A stretch of 62,174 bases of DNA, counting the filler, from Hausera hauseri (lineage: Eukaryota), in the NCBI GenBank assembly GCA_046269625.1. It is 11 parts of 11 records of this genome, joined end to end, with 100 filler letters (N's around TTAATTAATTAA, not from the genome) between each part and the next. Parts side by side here need not be neighbours in the genome. Positions count along the whole stretch, not along the records: positions 35,753 to 44,209 come from JBJURY010635441.1; positions 44,310 to 50,170 come from JBJURY010178417.1; 9 more parts are not named here. One strand, 5' to 3'. The notes under the pieces are model-generated. The model saw only the letters and a program-made list of their open reading frames with translations, was not told the DNA's origin and ran no database searches. This document shows positions 39,012 through 50,170 of this stretch, piece after piece (position 1 is the stretch's first letter; the number at the start of each line of letters is the position of its first letter). Position numbers and translations under genes: made by a program.

Positions 39012-39036
39012 ATGCCCTTGGTAAATAAAGGCGCAG
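39012..39036 (+). CDS. Putative leader exon, unit 1 (MPLVNKGA + G, phase-1 donor CAG|GTATTT)
   Basis: ATG at 39012. The donor context AAAGGCGCAG|GTATTT is conserved in unit 2. A TA-rich tract lies at about 38950. Confidence 0.5.
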
Positions 39037-39092
39037 GTATTTTATATACCGAACCGCCATCGGACTTCCCCTTCAGATTCAAATAAAATTTA

Positions 39093-39181
39093 TTTATATG
39101 TTACTATGAAACCTTATGGAACCTCAAAATGTCCCAATATTTCAACTACCTTGAATTCGGTACAAAATAGTAACATATAAA
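39093..39181. repeat. Perfect 15-bp inverted repeat around a 59-nt loop (unit 1), LTR-end-like TGTTACTAT...ATAGTAACA
   Basis: TTTATATGTTACTAT (39093-39107) and ATAGTAACATATAAA (39167-39181). Confidence 0.9.
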
Positions 39182-39182
39182 C

Positions 39183-39200
39183 TGGTGCCCCGAGTGAGGA
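39183..39200 (+). promoter_or_regulatory. tRNA primer-binding site, elongator tRNA-Met-like (unit 1)
   Basis: TGGTGCCCCGAGTGAGGA differs by one base from the complement of the animal elongator tRNA-Met 3' end as recalled (TGGTGCCCCGTGTGAGGA). It lies 7 nt after ...TAACA. Confidence 0.75.
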
Positions 39201-39281
39201 CACCTTTGGACTATAAGAAAAAATTGCGATTAAAATAATAATCGATAATTTTAGGAGAAATTTTATTTATTTGAAATTCAG

Positions 39282-39592
39282 ATAGCAAATACGGACCAGT
39301 AAAGTGCGAAATCTGTTTCGGATTACTGGGACGACATTATGCACTTTTTCGGTGCACGCACATAATGTGCGTTAAATGTGCAGATCGCTGGCTATCGAAG
39401 AGCCAGACGTGTCCCTTTTGCCGGAGGAAGATAAGTTCCTACCAGTGTCGAGGAGCCACAGTAGTGGTCATCCCAGACGATAAAGAAGACGAAGAAGGAA
39501 ATGAAATAGAGGAGGACGATAATGCAGTACCAGAGGACCAGCATGACCTATACGTATATGGACCCAATGGACTTGTGTACATGGCAATATAG
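39282..39592 (+). CDS. RING-finger (C3HC4) exon A1 with acidic tail
   Basis: CEIC...CTHIMCVKC...CPFCRR. Acceptor TTCAG in phase 1. AATAAA at 39596. Confidence 0.8.
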
Positions 39593-39765
39593 TGAAATAA
39601 AATATTTTTGGCCTTGATGAAGAATAATAATAGATTATGGGCGGCCCAACGGGATTGATAATGGTTGATAAAGAGATAATAACTTGATTGTAGTAGTAAT
39701 AGTAGTATGAAGTCTATCTTAGAGAAGAATAAATTAAAGAATTAAATGAATTACATTGATTTCAG

Positions 39766-40001
39766 GTTGTGCTATCTGCAAGAAATTTTCGGAAACTCGG
39801 GACGAAGAGGAGATTCTCTGCCCCCTATGTTATTTGGTAGAAAGATTGAAACAATCAGAAGATTCATTTGAGTGTGGACATTGCAAGGAGGAAACTAATT
39901 TGGGCTTAATGACCATGGACAAAGACTGTTTCTTACTATGTCCTATTTGTGCCCTATCATGGAATGACCTGGAAGAAATTGATAAATTGACTAATTTGTG
40001 A
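39766..40001 (+). CDS. Zinc-finger exon B1 (four CxxC)
   Basis: CAIC, CPLC, CGHC and CPIC. Acceptor TTTCAG in phase 1. Frame conserved in unit 2. Confidence 0.72.
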
Positions 40002-40196
40002 AATATGTAACAAGAGTAAATTGATTATAGTACTTCGCGAAATTTGGTTTTGCACCCCATATGTGCCCTGATAGGTGGAATTGCGGATTTGTGAGTGATC
40101 ATAATATGATAAGTTTTAATAAATAGAAGTCGTTTTATTAGAAGAATTTATTATTATTAGCAAATGAATACTTGGAATAAACTATTACCATTTAAG

Positions 40197-40648
40197 GAAA
40201 CGGATACAGAAATGGAAGTGAAAACAGAATGGAACCCGAAAAATGTCCCATCTGCCTTGAGGAAATGATGGAGGAAAGAACCACACTCCCATGTAAACAT
40301 AGCTACTGCAGTCCCTGCATTAACATTTGGTTGGGGGAGCACAGCAATTGTCCTTGTTGCCGAAGAGATTGTACCTTCTGTTGGGTATGTTCCAAATTAG
40401 TAGCCGAGGACTTGGCCACCCTATCGTGCAGACATGTATTTTGTCAGTCGTGTATCCTCGAATATTTAGCGTGCTGCCAATTGTGCCCCTACTGCTTAGA
40501 AACAGTGGATTTTTATATCACAGAGGGGGTGATTACCTATTTGAATTTTAATGGACAATCCTCTATAATGCTAGTGATTGACGAAGATGATGGCAGTTGG
40601 CCAGAAGCGTGGAGAAATCCACAACCATATATATTAGACATAAACTAA
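40197..40648 (+). CDS. Tandem double-RING exon C1
   Basis: CPIC...CKHSYCSPC...CPCCRR, then CWVC...CRHVFCQSC...CPYC. Acceptor TTTAAG in phase 1. AATAAA at 40661. Confidence 0.85.
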
Positions 40649-40706
40649 AATTAATTTATTAATAAAATTAATTATAGTGAATCGCTTATTTTCTTTACTA
40701 TTTAAG

Positions 40707-40930
40707 GTTATTTCCCCGACTTGAATTCGGTGCCTGTTTTATCACACGGATTCCAACAGAAAGTAGATCACCATTATTCCGTTTATAATCCAAATGGAAC
40801 TTTCACCACAATAGGGAAGGAATGCACCATTTGCCTCAGCAATTATTCCACCAAGCCAGTGGAGTTAATCTCATGCAAGCACCAGTTTTGTCGCTGCTGC
40901 ATAAGGGAGTGGTTCTCCAAAAATAGGTAA
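40707..40930 (+). CDS. RING exon D1 (last CxxC missing; possibly spliced at AG|GTAAAA, or truncated)
   Basis: CTIC...CKHQFCRCCIREW. Acceptor TTTAAG in phase 1. Confidence 0.65.
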
Positions 40931-42440
40931 AAGTCTTTTATTAGTTTATTTGTTGTATTATCATTTTATCTTGGTTGACTTGTACATTTTGTATTATTGA
41001 ATAAATCTTTAAAATTTAAATTTATACAACGACGATAAAAGAGATCGTAGGAAAGAAGGAGGAGCTGTTCAGTAGAATGCCAAGAAATGAATTGGAGAAT
41101 CAGACGGTCATGTTTTGGCAAAGCAATTAATGATTAATTGTTGTGGTCAAAGGAAAACTTTGAGACGCTCGATTATGGACAATTCTTCTTCTCGTTCAAG
41201 GTATGTGGTGTTAGAAAAAGCGTGATTAACAGGATGAAATCCTTCCCTTCGAAAAGCATAAAAGAAGACCTGAGTCTGTGTCTATTATATCTGCGACTTC
41301 GGTTTCATATCGGAACGATAGTGGCCATCGAATTGCGTCAGATAATCTAATTATGTCGAGGAATTGGGATATCTTGAATGGTCATTAATTTTATCAGAAG
41401 TTCGAGAGTTATTATATAAATATATGATTGTCATGTGGAATGTGGTGGGCGAATCTAAATATTTTAGATTAATAATTGTAAATTTTATGATCCGAAAACA
41501 TAAAATAGACGTGATAATTCATTGCTGTACGTCATAGGAGATTATTGTTTAAAATTCTTGTTTGTAATGTCATCGTTGTTAGATGTTACTGCGGAGTTGT
41601 GTTATATTGTTGTGTATAGGGTGCATCCTTAGGTTGTGATGGATCAAAATGAGTAACTTATGAGAAGGAGACATTCCTCGAAAGGTATGTAAATAGTCTG
41701 ACGTGGCGATCAGCAATGATTAAAGTCACGATGGGCCTTACAGAATGATTACAGTACTGTATTGTTACACAATCAATAAATTGAATTTTATTAATGTAAA
41801 ATGCAAAGGGTATTAAAGGCACGATGACTCAACACAAGACGAATAACCATAGACATGAATAACTGAACGATATGAAGAAAAGAGAAAGCACAATAATAAG
41901 AAATAAAAATATCCAAAATCCCAAAGCCAATAACGTTATATCACTATACTAGCCGTTAGAGTTCTCGTGCTTGAAATATGATGACCATAGTGATCAGGAC
42001 TATTAAAAGGGCTTTATTCAAGATGTTTAAATAATTGTGAATATTCGGAGAACGGCCACGTTAAAATTTCATTCTTAGCACGGTTTACGACCACATTCTT
42101 AACACGGTTTACGACCAGGAAAGATAAAAGTTGAATATTCTGGATATAACCCGACGAGTGAATGTATGTACTTGGCTAGGTTTGAAATATGTAAACATAC
42201 ATTATTCTGAAATTACTGCATATTTGATTTCTTTTAAAATACAGAAACATATAAACATACATTATTCTGGAAGTACTGCATATTTGATTTCTTTTAAAAT
42301 ACAGAAACGTAAAAATATACGTTATTCTGAAACTTGCGTATTTGATTTGTTTTAAATCCCGAGATGAGGAGGTTTAGTACGCATGTATGTACACGGGCAT
42401 GTATAATCATGAAGACACGTCGCTATTAGTTATACTTCTG

Positions 42441-42456
42441 ATGATCAAAGGCGCAG
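42441..42456 (+). CDS. Putative leader exon, unit 2 (MIKGA + G, phase-1 donor; frame open back to 42387)
   Basis: ATGATCAAAGGCGCAG|GTATTT, the same donor context as unit 1. Confidence 0.5.
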
Positions 42457-42510
42457 GTATTTTACATACCAAACCGCCCTTGAACTCCCCTTTAGATATA
42501 ATGATGAACA

Positions 42511-42605
42511 TTTATATGTTACTATACCAAGGAGGAATACACATAACATATAATCACCGATCGATACTAATCACTGATGCAATACACGAAATAGTAACAT
42601 ATAAA
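42511..42605. repeat. The same 15-bp inverted repeat around an unrelated 65-nt loop (unit 2)
   Basis: TTTATATGTTACTAT (42511-42525) and ATAGTAACATATAAA (42591-42605). Confidence 0.9.
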
Positions 42606-42606
42606 C

Positions 42607-42624
42607 TGGTGCCCCGAGTGAGGA
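42607..42624 (+). promoter_or_regulatory. tRNA primer-binding site, elongator tRNA-Met-like (unit 2)
   Basis: TGGTGCCCCGAGTGAGGA is identical to unit 1, while the sequence downstream of it diverges. Confidence 0.75.
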
Positions 42625-42761
42625 GCACAATAGTTGGAAGGATAAGAAGAATCTAGATTTGGAGAACAAAGCATTAAGATAAACTTTCAATTTGTGAATC
42701 GTCACTTTATTGCAAAATATATTTAGAACTGTGGTAAATTTTTAGTTTCTGATAATTTTAG

Positions 42762-43057
42762 GAGATCGAAATGGAACAACACCCTGTGACATATGTTTCG
42801 GACCCCTCGGAAGAAGATATGCCTTATTGAGATGCACTCACATAATGTGCACTCATTGCGCAGACAAATGGTTGATGAAGAAGCAGTCATGCCCGTTTTG
42901 CAGGCGAAAAACCACATCCTATCAGTGTTGGGGAACCACTGTGGTGGTGATCCCGGACGAAGAAGAAAGTGAAACAGAGGACGAGGATGCAATACCAGAA
43001 GATCAGCATGATCTGTACGTATTTGGACCTAATGGAATTGTATACATGCCAATTTAA
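42762..43057 (+). CDS. RING-finger exon A2
   Basis: CDIC...CTHIMCTHC...CPFCRR, paralog of A1. Acceptor TTTTAG in phase 1. AATAAA at 43061. Confidence 0.8.
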
Positions 43058-43234
43058 TGCAATAAAACATTCATTTTTGGCCTTGATAAGAAATAATAAT
43101 AGAGCATAGGCGGTCTAATGGAATCAGTAATAGCCGATAGGAAACAATAAATTGATTATAGTAGCAATAGAAGCGTGAAGTATATCTTAGAAAAGAATAA
43201 ATTAAAGAATTAAATGAATTAACATTGATTTTAG

Positions 43235-43470
43235 GATGCGTCATATGCGGAAAACCGCCCGAGGTTAACAATGAAAGAAAAAACTCATGTGCATTATGTT
43301 ACCTCGTCGAAAGGATGAAGCATCGGGAAGATCTGTTTGAGTGCGCATACTGTGGGGAGGAGGCCAATATAAGTATTATGATCATGGACTCAAACTGTTT
43401 TCTGGTATGTCCTATCTGCTCCCTATCGTGGAATGACTTGGAAGAGATTGACAAATTGACTAATTTGTGA
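43235..43470 (+). CDS. Zinc-finger exon B2
   Basis: CVIC, CALC, CAYC and CPIC, paralog of B1. Phase-1 acceptor. Confidence 0.72.
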
Positions 43471-43671
43471 AATATGTAATGAAAGTAAATTGATTATTGT
43501 ACTTCGCGAAATTTGGTTTTGCATCCCATATGTGCCCTGACAGGCATAATCGCGGATTTGTAAATGATCATAATATGATAAGTTTTAACAAATAGAAGTC
43601 GTTTTATTAGAATTTATTATTATTAGTAAATGAATATGGAAAATATTTAAAATAAACTATTACCATTTAAG

Positions 43672-44132
43672 GACACGGACACAGAAATGGAAGTGAAAAC
43701 AGAATGGAACCCGAAAAATGTCCCATCTGCCTTGAAGAAATAATGGAGGAAAGAACCACACTCCCATGCAGGCATAGCTACTGCAGTTCCTGTATTAACA
43801 TCTTGTTGGGGGAACACAACAATTGCCCCTGTTGCAGAAGAGATTGTACATTCTGTTGGGTATGCTCCAAACTAGTAGCCGAAGACTTGGCCACCCTATC
43901 GTGTAGACATGTATTTTGTCGGTCATGTATTCTCGAATATCTGGCGTGTTGTCAAATGTGCCCTTATTGCCTGGAAACAGTAGACTTCTACGTCATGGAA
44001 GGAATTATTACATACTTGAATGTTGACAACCGCCCATCCATAATGCTAATGATTGATGAGGACGACGGCAGTTGGCCAGAGGCATGGAGAAACCCGCAGC
44101 CCTATGCAATATTAGACATAGATTGGAATTAA
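43672..44132 (+). CDS. Tandem double-RING exon C2 (exon D2 begins at 44187 and is cut by the contig end)
   Basis: Paralog of C1 with many synonymous differences. Phase-1 acceptor and AATAAA after the stop. Confidence 0.85.
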
Positions 44133-44309
44133 ATTATTATTAATAAAAATTAATTGTTGTAAATTGTTTATTTTTATTATATTAAGGTTATTTTCCCGAT
44201 TTGAACTCTNNNNNNNNNNNNNNNNNNNNNNNNNNNNNNNNNNNNNNNNNNNNTTAATTAATTAANNNNNNNNNNNNNNNNNNNNNNNNNNNNNNNNNNN
44301 NNNNNNNNN

Positions 44310-46176
44310 ACAATGATTTCAACCAACTATTTCAGAACATTTAAAGGAAACGTAAACAAAGCATGCTATTACAAATATCAAACATGGACATGCACAGTAA
44401 TAACATTAAATGAATTTGCAACCGCTGTAGAAACAATATTAGTTTGCCTCTTTCATTATCTTTCTCCCTTTTTTTTTTCTTTTTTTTTTTTTATGCTAAG
44501 ACAACCTGAACTGATGAGTCTTAATTCACTGCACGACTGCACTGTTCCAAATTGATGCCTTTTTCACCCGAAATGTACCACTGCAGTTCGGATGTCCTAC
44601 TGTTGTGAAAACAAGTAAGGCGCGAAACCTTACGGGCTCCCGTCGTCGAAGCATGGCGTGCAGGGCTCCCACAGCTCGGTTGCTAACAGGCGACGTTTTC
44701 ACTATAACTGCTCCCAAGGGTGTTTCGTCTGGTGCAGAATAAAGCCACGCTCCAACTGATGTTTTACCAGCCTTTAATCTTCTTTTTTGGCCGCAAACAA
44801 CGTGAAAACTAACAAATACAGATTAAATACATGTTAGCAGATTAACATTCACAACCACATTAACGCTTACAAAAAAAATAAATAAAATAAATGTATAACA
44901 TACCGTGTGCGCCTTCTGACCAAACGTTTAGGAGATGTTATTGTCCATATCTTCCGTCTTAAGTAAACTCCGACGTAACTTATTGTCTGAGCGTCTTTAG
45001 CATCTTCTAGAAGCTTAGGTCTGCTATCGGTCACGTGATCAGAGCTTAACCATGTATTGGTGCAATACACTTTTTCACCAACAGGTGTCAGTAATACAAC
45101 ATATTAAATTAAATTCTCGTATTTACAAAGGAAATTAAACCACAAATAAACAAACAAACACCTTTTCTTTCTGCGACAGCTACACTGCCACCAAAATTAC
45201 AAAAGATTTGTATTCACCATATCAAACAAAATACAATCTTGTAATTGTCCATAAATTAACAATCAACCATCAAATTAAGTTACAAATAAAATTATTGAAT
45301 TACAGTCTTAAGGATCACATATTTGTGTTTTGAGTTATCATTTGTACTCTTTTACAATAGTTTAGGAGTCATTTTCAACCAATACCACTATTTTCTGAAC
45401 TGGTCTCTCAAGAAAAGATAGTTTTTTCAAACGTTCACCGTTCCTTCCCAAATCTGTTTGTCCGACTTGGATCTTAACCTTTCGCACCAAACCATCATCG
45501 TCTTTACTTGTTTCAACTACCTTTGCCAATTTCCATTCATTTCTAGGAATATTGTCCTCCTTTACAATGACTATATCCCCCACCTGTACATTTCTTTTAG
45601 GTGTATGCCACTGTTGTCTTAAGCTGATGTTGGTTAAGTATTCTTTGCGCCATCTGCTCCAAAACTGCTCCGTCAAATATTGCACTTTCCGCCACCTCTT
45701 CCTGGTGTACAAATCCTCTCTGATGAATCTACCAGGAGGCGGGAGTGCCACTGACTCCTTCATAGTGAGCAAATGATTAGGCGTTAAAGGTTCAACACTT
45801 TTTGGATCAATGATTGTATCTGTAGTGAGTGGACGATGGTTCACAATGGACATGGCCTCATAAAAGAAAGTTCTCAATGAGTTGTCATCCAATCTTCCTG
45901 TGGCTTGTGCCAAGACTGAACTCATGACATTCCTAACTGTCCGGATTTGACGTTCCCAAACACCTCCCCGGTGACTAGCTTCAGGAATGTTCATTTGGAA
46001 GTCGCATTGATTTTTAGCCAGATAGGTAGAGATTCTGTCTTTATCCAACTCCTGTAAACTCCTTTCAAACTCGTTCTTAGCTCCAACAAAGTTTGTGCCT
46101 TGGTCAGAACGAATCTGTCTCACTGCACCTCTGATTGCAATGAAACATCTCAACGCATTTATAAATGCATCAGTGG
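44310..46176 (-). mobile_element. BEL/Pao LTR retrotransposon 3' fragment: integrase ORF 45362-46153, PPT, 3' LTR from 45184 downward
   Basis: Motifs IRSDQGTNFVGA, ASHRGGVWERQIR, PLTPNHLL, FWSRWRKEYL and ERPVQKIVVL. On the - strand TTTTGGTGGCAG is followed by TGTA at 45184. Confidence 0.93.
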
Positions 46177-46208
46177 TTTAAATATTTGTCATTTTCTCTG
46201 CACTCAGG

Positions 46209-46932
46209 GAGGAGTGATTGGAGTCTTCATCAACTGGGATTGCAATCTTGATTTGGACCCTTCGCACTGTAAACCAACGTACTCCTTCCGTCGTCTTGAT
46301 CTCCGAAAGGATCTGAGTAACACTGGTTATTATTACAGGTCAGCACCAAAAACTCTCCAGGTTCTCAGCTATAACCATCAGTTTGTTAAAGAATGATTTA
46401 AGTTGTTTCACTTTGTTTTTCATTTCTTCACTGACCTACATTTGAGAAAATGTTTTTGCATTTCACTTTTTTGGGCAGATGATAATCGACAACATCAACT
46501 GGCCTAAAGATGAAGACATAGATGAGGACATAGTCTCTTTGGAAGATCACTGTCTGATCATGAGTTTCCTCCGCAGATTCATAGAATGTGGTAAGCAATG
46601 TTTTAAAAATACATTCGGAGTGAGTTTTTCAAAAGTGAATTATGAAGAATTTTTTTGCTGATGTATTGATAACATTAACTCTTAACATAAAGTGTAAATT
46701 TGTGTGCATTAAAGGGACATCAGACATCCTTCGGAATCTACTAACTTTTTGGACCGGCTGGGGTCTGGTCAGCTCCAATCTGGAGGTAGAAGTTGTTGAC
46801 TGCCATCTCCCGCAGTCATCCACTTGCTTCCTGACGTTGAAGTTGTCCAAAAATCACAAAACCTATGCAGACTTCCACCAACACCTTATGGCCAGCATGT
46901 CTTCAAGCTACTCGGGTTTTGGCCTACTTTGA
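46209..46932 (+). pseudogene. 3' exons of a G2E3-like HECT-domain gene
   Basis: The last exon reads LLTFWTG...LPQSSTCFLTLKLS...F...L...SGFGLL, a HECT C-lobe pattern that includes the TC motif. Confidence 0.7.
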
Positions 46933-47609
46933 ACCAGGCCATTTCAACGTGTTACAAGTTTATGCACTTAGAAATGCACTATGTAATTATTTCAAAGTTA
47001 CAAATTTCAAATGTTTTGTAATTGTTATGAAATAGTGTGTAGTGCACTTGTTAATTACTCGAGTTTGACAGACCTTTACATTCTTGTTTCAAATATAACT
47101 GTTTCATGTTGTTGTAGAACATATTTTGAAGCTTCTACTTGCAGCTATAAATTGTTTACCCAGTTAACACATTCATTAGCTGTATCACAGACAATTTTAA
47201 GAAATATTAGACCATCATAGTAATTAATTTCGTATCTAGAAATTGCTTACACACAAAATGTTAAAGCTGATATGGTTGAATTTGTAATGAAAATTACAAT
47301 GGTTTAATAATGGTGACTTTATTACGTAAACATGTAATTAGCACATGTAAACACTGAATATTGTTAAATTAAAAAAGTTTACATCCAATTTATTTTCTTT
47401 TCCAATATCGAATGTAACTTGAATACCACTGTGTAATATTATGTGATCAGTATTAATACATAGCTAGTTGGCTCTGTTATAACGATGTAGATTTCAGAAC
47501 CTTTCAGCAAAAAAATGCGACACACACATTTTGATAATACATTACACCCACCAAAAAAGGATGTTTATGTATCAAGGAAAAAAGTTGTACCAAATTATGA
47601 AGGAAATGT

Positions 47610-49313
47610 CTTTTGTAGCTTTAATTTACATATTTCCAAAGATTCCAGTGAGAATATCAACTGTCTGGCGATAAACATTTATCACATTAGAAAACAAGGA
47701 CGTTGGATGTGGTAGTGTTTCAATTTCCACCCGAGTCAAAGGCCTTGGAAGCTCTACCTCTGGCACAGTCACGCCATCATGATGGCGACCATATTGGCTC
47801 TCCCCATCAATACCATACTGGTTGTCAACCTGTCAAAGATTTAAGAAAACATAAGTAACATCCAGATTACACACACTGGTGTTTTTTTAAACAACCAAAG
47901 CAAATTTACAATAGCACTTTGTCAAATGACATAAATAAACAAACCTGTGCAGGGTCGTGATCTGCACGTTGGTTTTGATACCACAACAGTAGTGGTGACT
48001 GGTTCTGTTCTGTGCGTAGTCTGTGGTTGTTCCAGCCATCCATGAAGAATTGCAGATGTCTGTTGATTTGAGGTAGAAAGGTCCAGTGTAATGCGTATAA
48101 GTGCACCTTGTTGTCTGTTGGCAGTAGGCCCTCGGTCTCCAGGTAGCAGAAAGTTGTATAAAACAGATCCAACACTGCCCCAAATACATCTCTCCATAAC
48201 CTTTCAATCCTGGATGGAAAATACATTGTAGAGTGAAAAAGGAGCAAAACAAGGTTGTCATAATACACTTATATAAAGACCAACAACTTAAAATAAAACT
48301 TACAATTTCTCAATCAATGTTAGTCATTTTATGCAACTGTTTGTAGCCATTAGACAAATTTATTGCTTAATTCAATATCTTCTTATACAATAGCTCAGAG
48401 AAACGCTGTAAGAACAGTCTATGAACGTCGTTAAAATTTAGCCAATTCAGTCATCTGTACTTCAAAAATTTGAAGACACGGACAAATTTACAAAGCCTTG
48501 GACTGCTATGTCAGTTAGAGCAGTTGAATCTTCCATCAGCCCAGGCCCATGGAGACACCGGAGAAGACGTGAGAGAAAACGAAAGCGAGGATGTCATGGA
48601 CTTTCAGCTAAGCTAAAAGCTAACCCTTTCTGAGTGATCCCTTGAAAGCAAGTTGAACTATGTAAAGCTGGATTTAACCACCAAAAGGGAAACAAGAAAA
48701 GGATGCATTCTATTTTTCTGTGAGACATGGCTAAACTCATCTGTTCCTGATAATGCCATCAGCCTGGAGGGAGGGGCTAACAACTTTTAGAGCTGACAGG
48801 AGCCATACACTTACAGGTAAATCCAGGGGAGGTAGTGTTTGGATTTACATTAACAACATCTGGTGTAACAACGCCACCCTGGTCTCCAGTTATTGGTCTG
48901 TGGACACTGAGTTCATGATTGTGAGATCCAGACCTTTCTACATACCCTGGGAATTCACAACGGTTATTTTTCATACTATTTTGAGAAATGTAGCAACTTC
49001 CATTGAAGTAGTCAGTCTGAAAACATGGAGAATGGAGGATAAATCAAGACGTTCATTTAAATACCTCTGGTTATGTGTGCTTCTTCCTGTTATGTGAGAA
49101 TTTCTGTTTTGGCCTCTGGTTGAGACCATGAAGTGTGCCACTAGTACGTTCTCCCCTCCTTTGTCAGAACGAACACGAGATGGCACTCCATATGTATTCA
49201 CAGCTTCAAGAAAGCTGTCAAGAACTGTTGTGGCACGATTGTTTGTAGCAGCAGTCAGGTAAACAATGAGGCGACTAAAGCCGTCAATGCCCCCATGAAC
49301 AACGATTCGCCAT
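47610..49313 (-). mobile_element. Spliced DDE transposase (integrase-core, IS3EU-like); exons 49313-49065, 48209-47945 and 47829-about 47650
   Basis: [43 protein letters not shown]|IERLWRDV and WNNHRLRTE, joined across GT-AG introns. Confidence 0.8.
48420..48970 (+). mobile_element. Rex1/Babar-type LINE endonuclease fragment inside the transposase intron
   Basis: ETWLNSSVPDNAI, FRADR..TGKSRGG and RPFYIPWEFT. Confidence 0.75.
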
Positions 49314-49939
49314 CTATATAGACAACAAAAACATTTTTGATTAGCATGGTATCAGGAACTTTCTTTTGTTTGTTGAATGCAGGCCATGAATTCACAGAGA
49401 AGGAAAATCATAACTGCAGTGCTCTTATTCAGCAGAGTAAATGTTTACGTTAAAACACAGAGCAGTTCCATTAAAAGTACATTTCTTACTTATGCAAAGA
49501 CGAGTTAAAAAACTTTAATGTCATTGTGTTTGTTGGTCTCTGTGTGAAAAGTTTCTTAATGAAAGTAATCTGTGTAATCATCATCACTTGAGGTCCTTCC
49601 TTATTCACTACTTTTAAAGAGTACATGTATTTGCAATGTCAACTTAATTCCTCTTTTTTAAACATTACATTAACATGGGACCATGAGCAGTCAAAACATT
49701 TCTATGAATAAATTTTTCCTTTAATGATCACACTTATATGCTTTTCATTATGTGAATGTAATAAAGCAGCTACAGAACTTTTACAAACATGAAAAAAAAG
49801 ATTTTTTTCTTAATAGGTTTATAGGCTTCGTAATAGATGTGACCCGTAAGAAACAGAATGATTTAAATTAAGTTATCAAAACCATTTCAAAATAGATGGT
49901 AACTGAAGAAGAGGGAACATTTTTTATGCTTCCCAGTCC

Positions 49940-50170
49940 AGGGGCCTTTATGGGTGGAGTTTGCATGTTCTCTCCGTGCATGTGTGGGTTTCCTCCGGGT
50001 ACTCCAGTTTCCTCCCACAGACCAAAAACATGCATGTTAGACTGATTGGTAACTCTAAATTGTCTCTAGGTGTGAGTGAGAGAGTGAATGGTTGTTTGTC
50101 TCTATGTGTCCCTGTGATGGACTGGAGACCTGTCCAGGGTGTACCCCGCCCCTCGCACTGTGACAGCTGG
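49940..50170 (+). mobile_element. V-SINE (HE1/DANA/mermaid-like) fragment typical of fish
   Basis: GTGGAGTTTGCATGTTCTC..GTGGGTTTCCTCCGGGTACTCCAGTTTCCTCCCACAG..GACCTGTCCAGGGTGTACCCCGCC. Confidence 0.88.

Noticed and set aside
39093-42624. CRISPR-like or retron-like reading of the repeat/variable-spacer units
   Set aside because: The repeats are inverted and there are only two units 3.4 kb apart. The context is eukaryotic, with no cas gene or retron RT. Reported instead as hairpin plus PBS.
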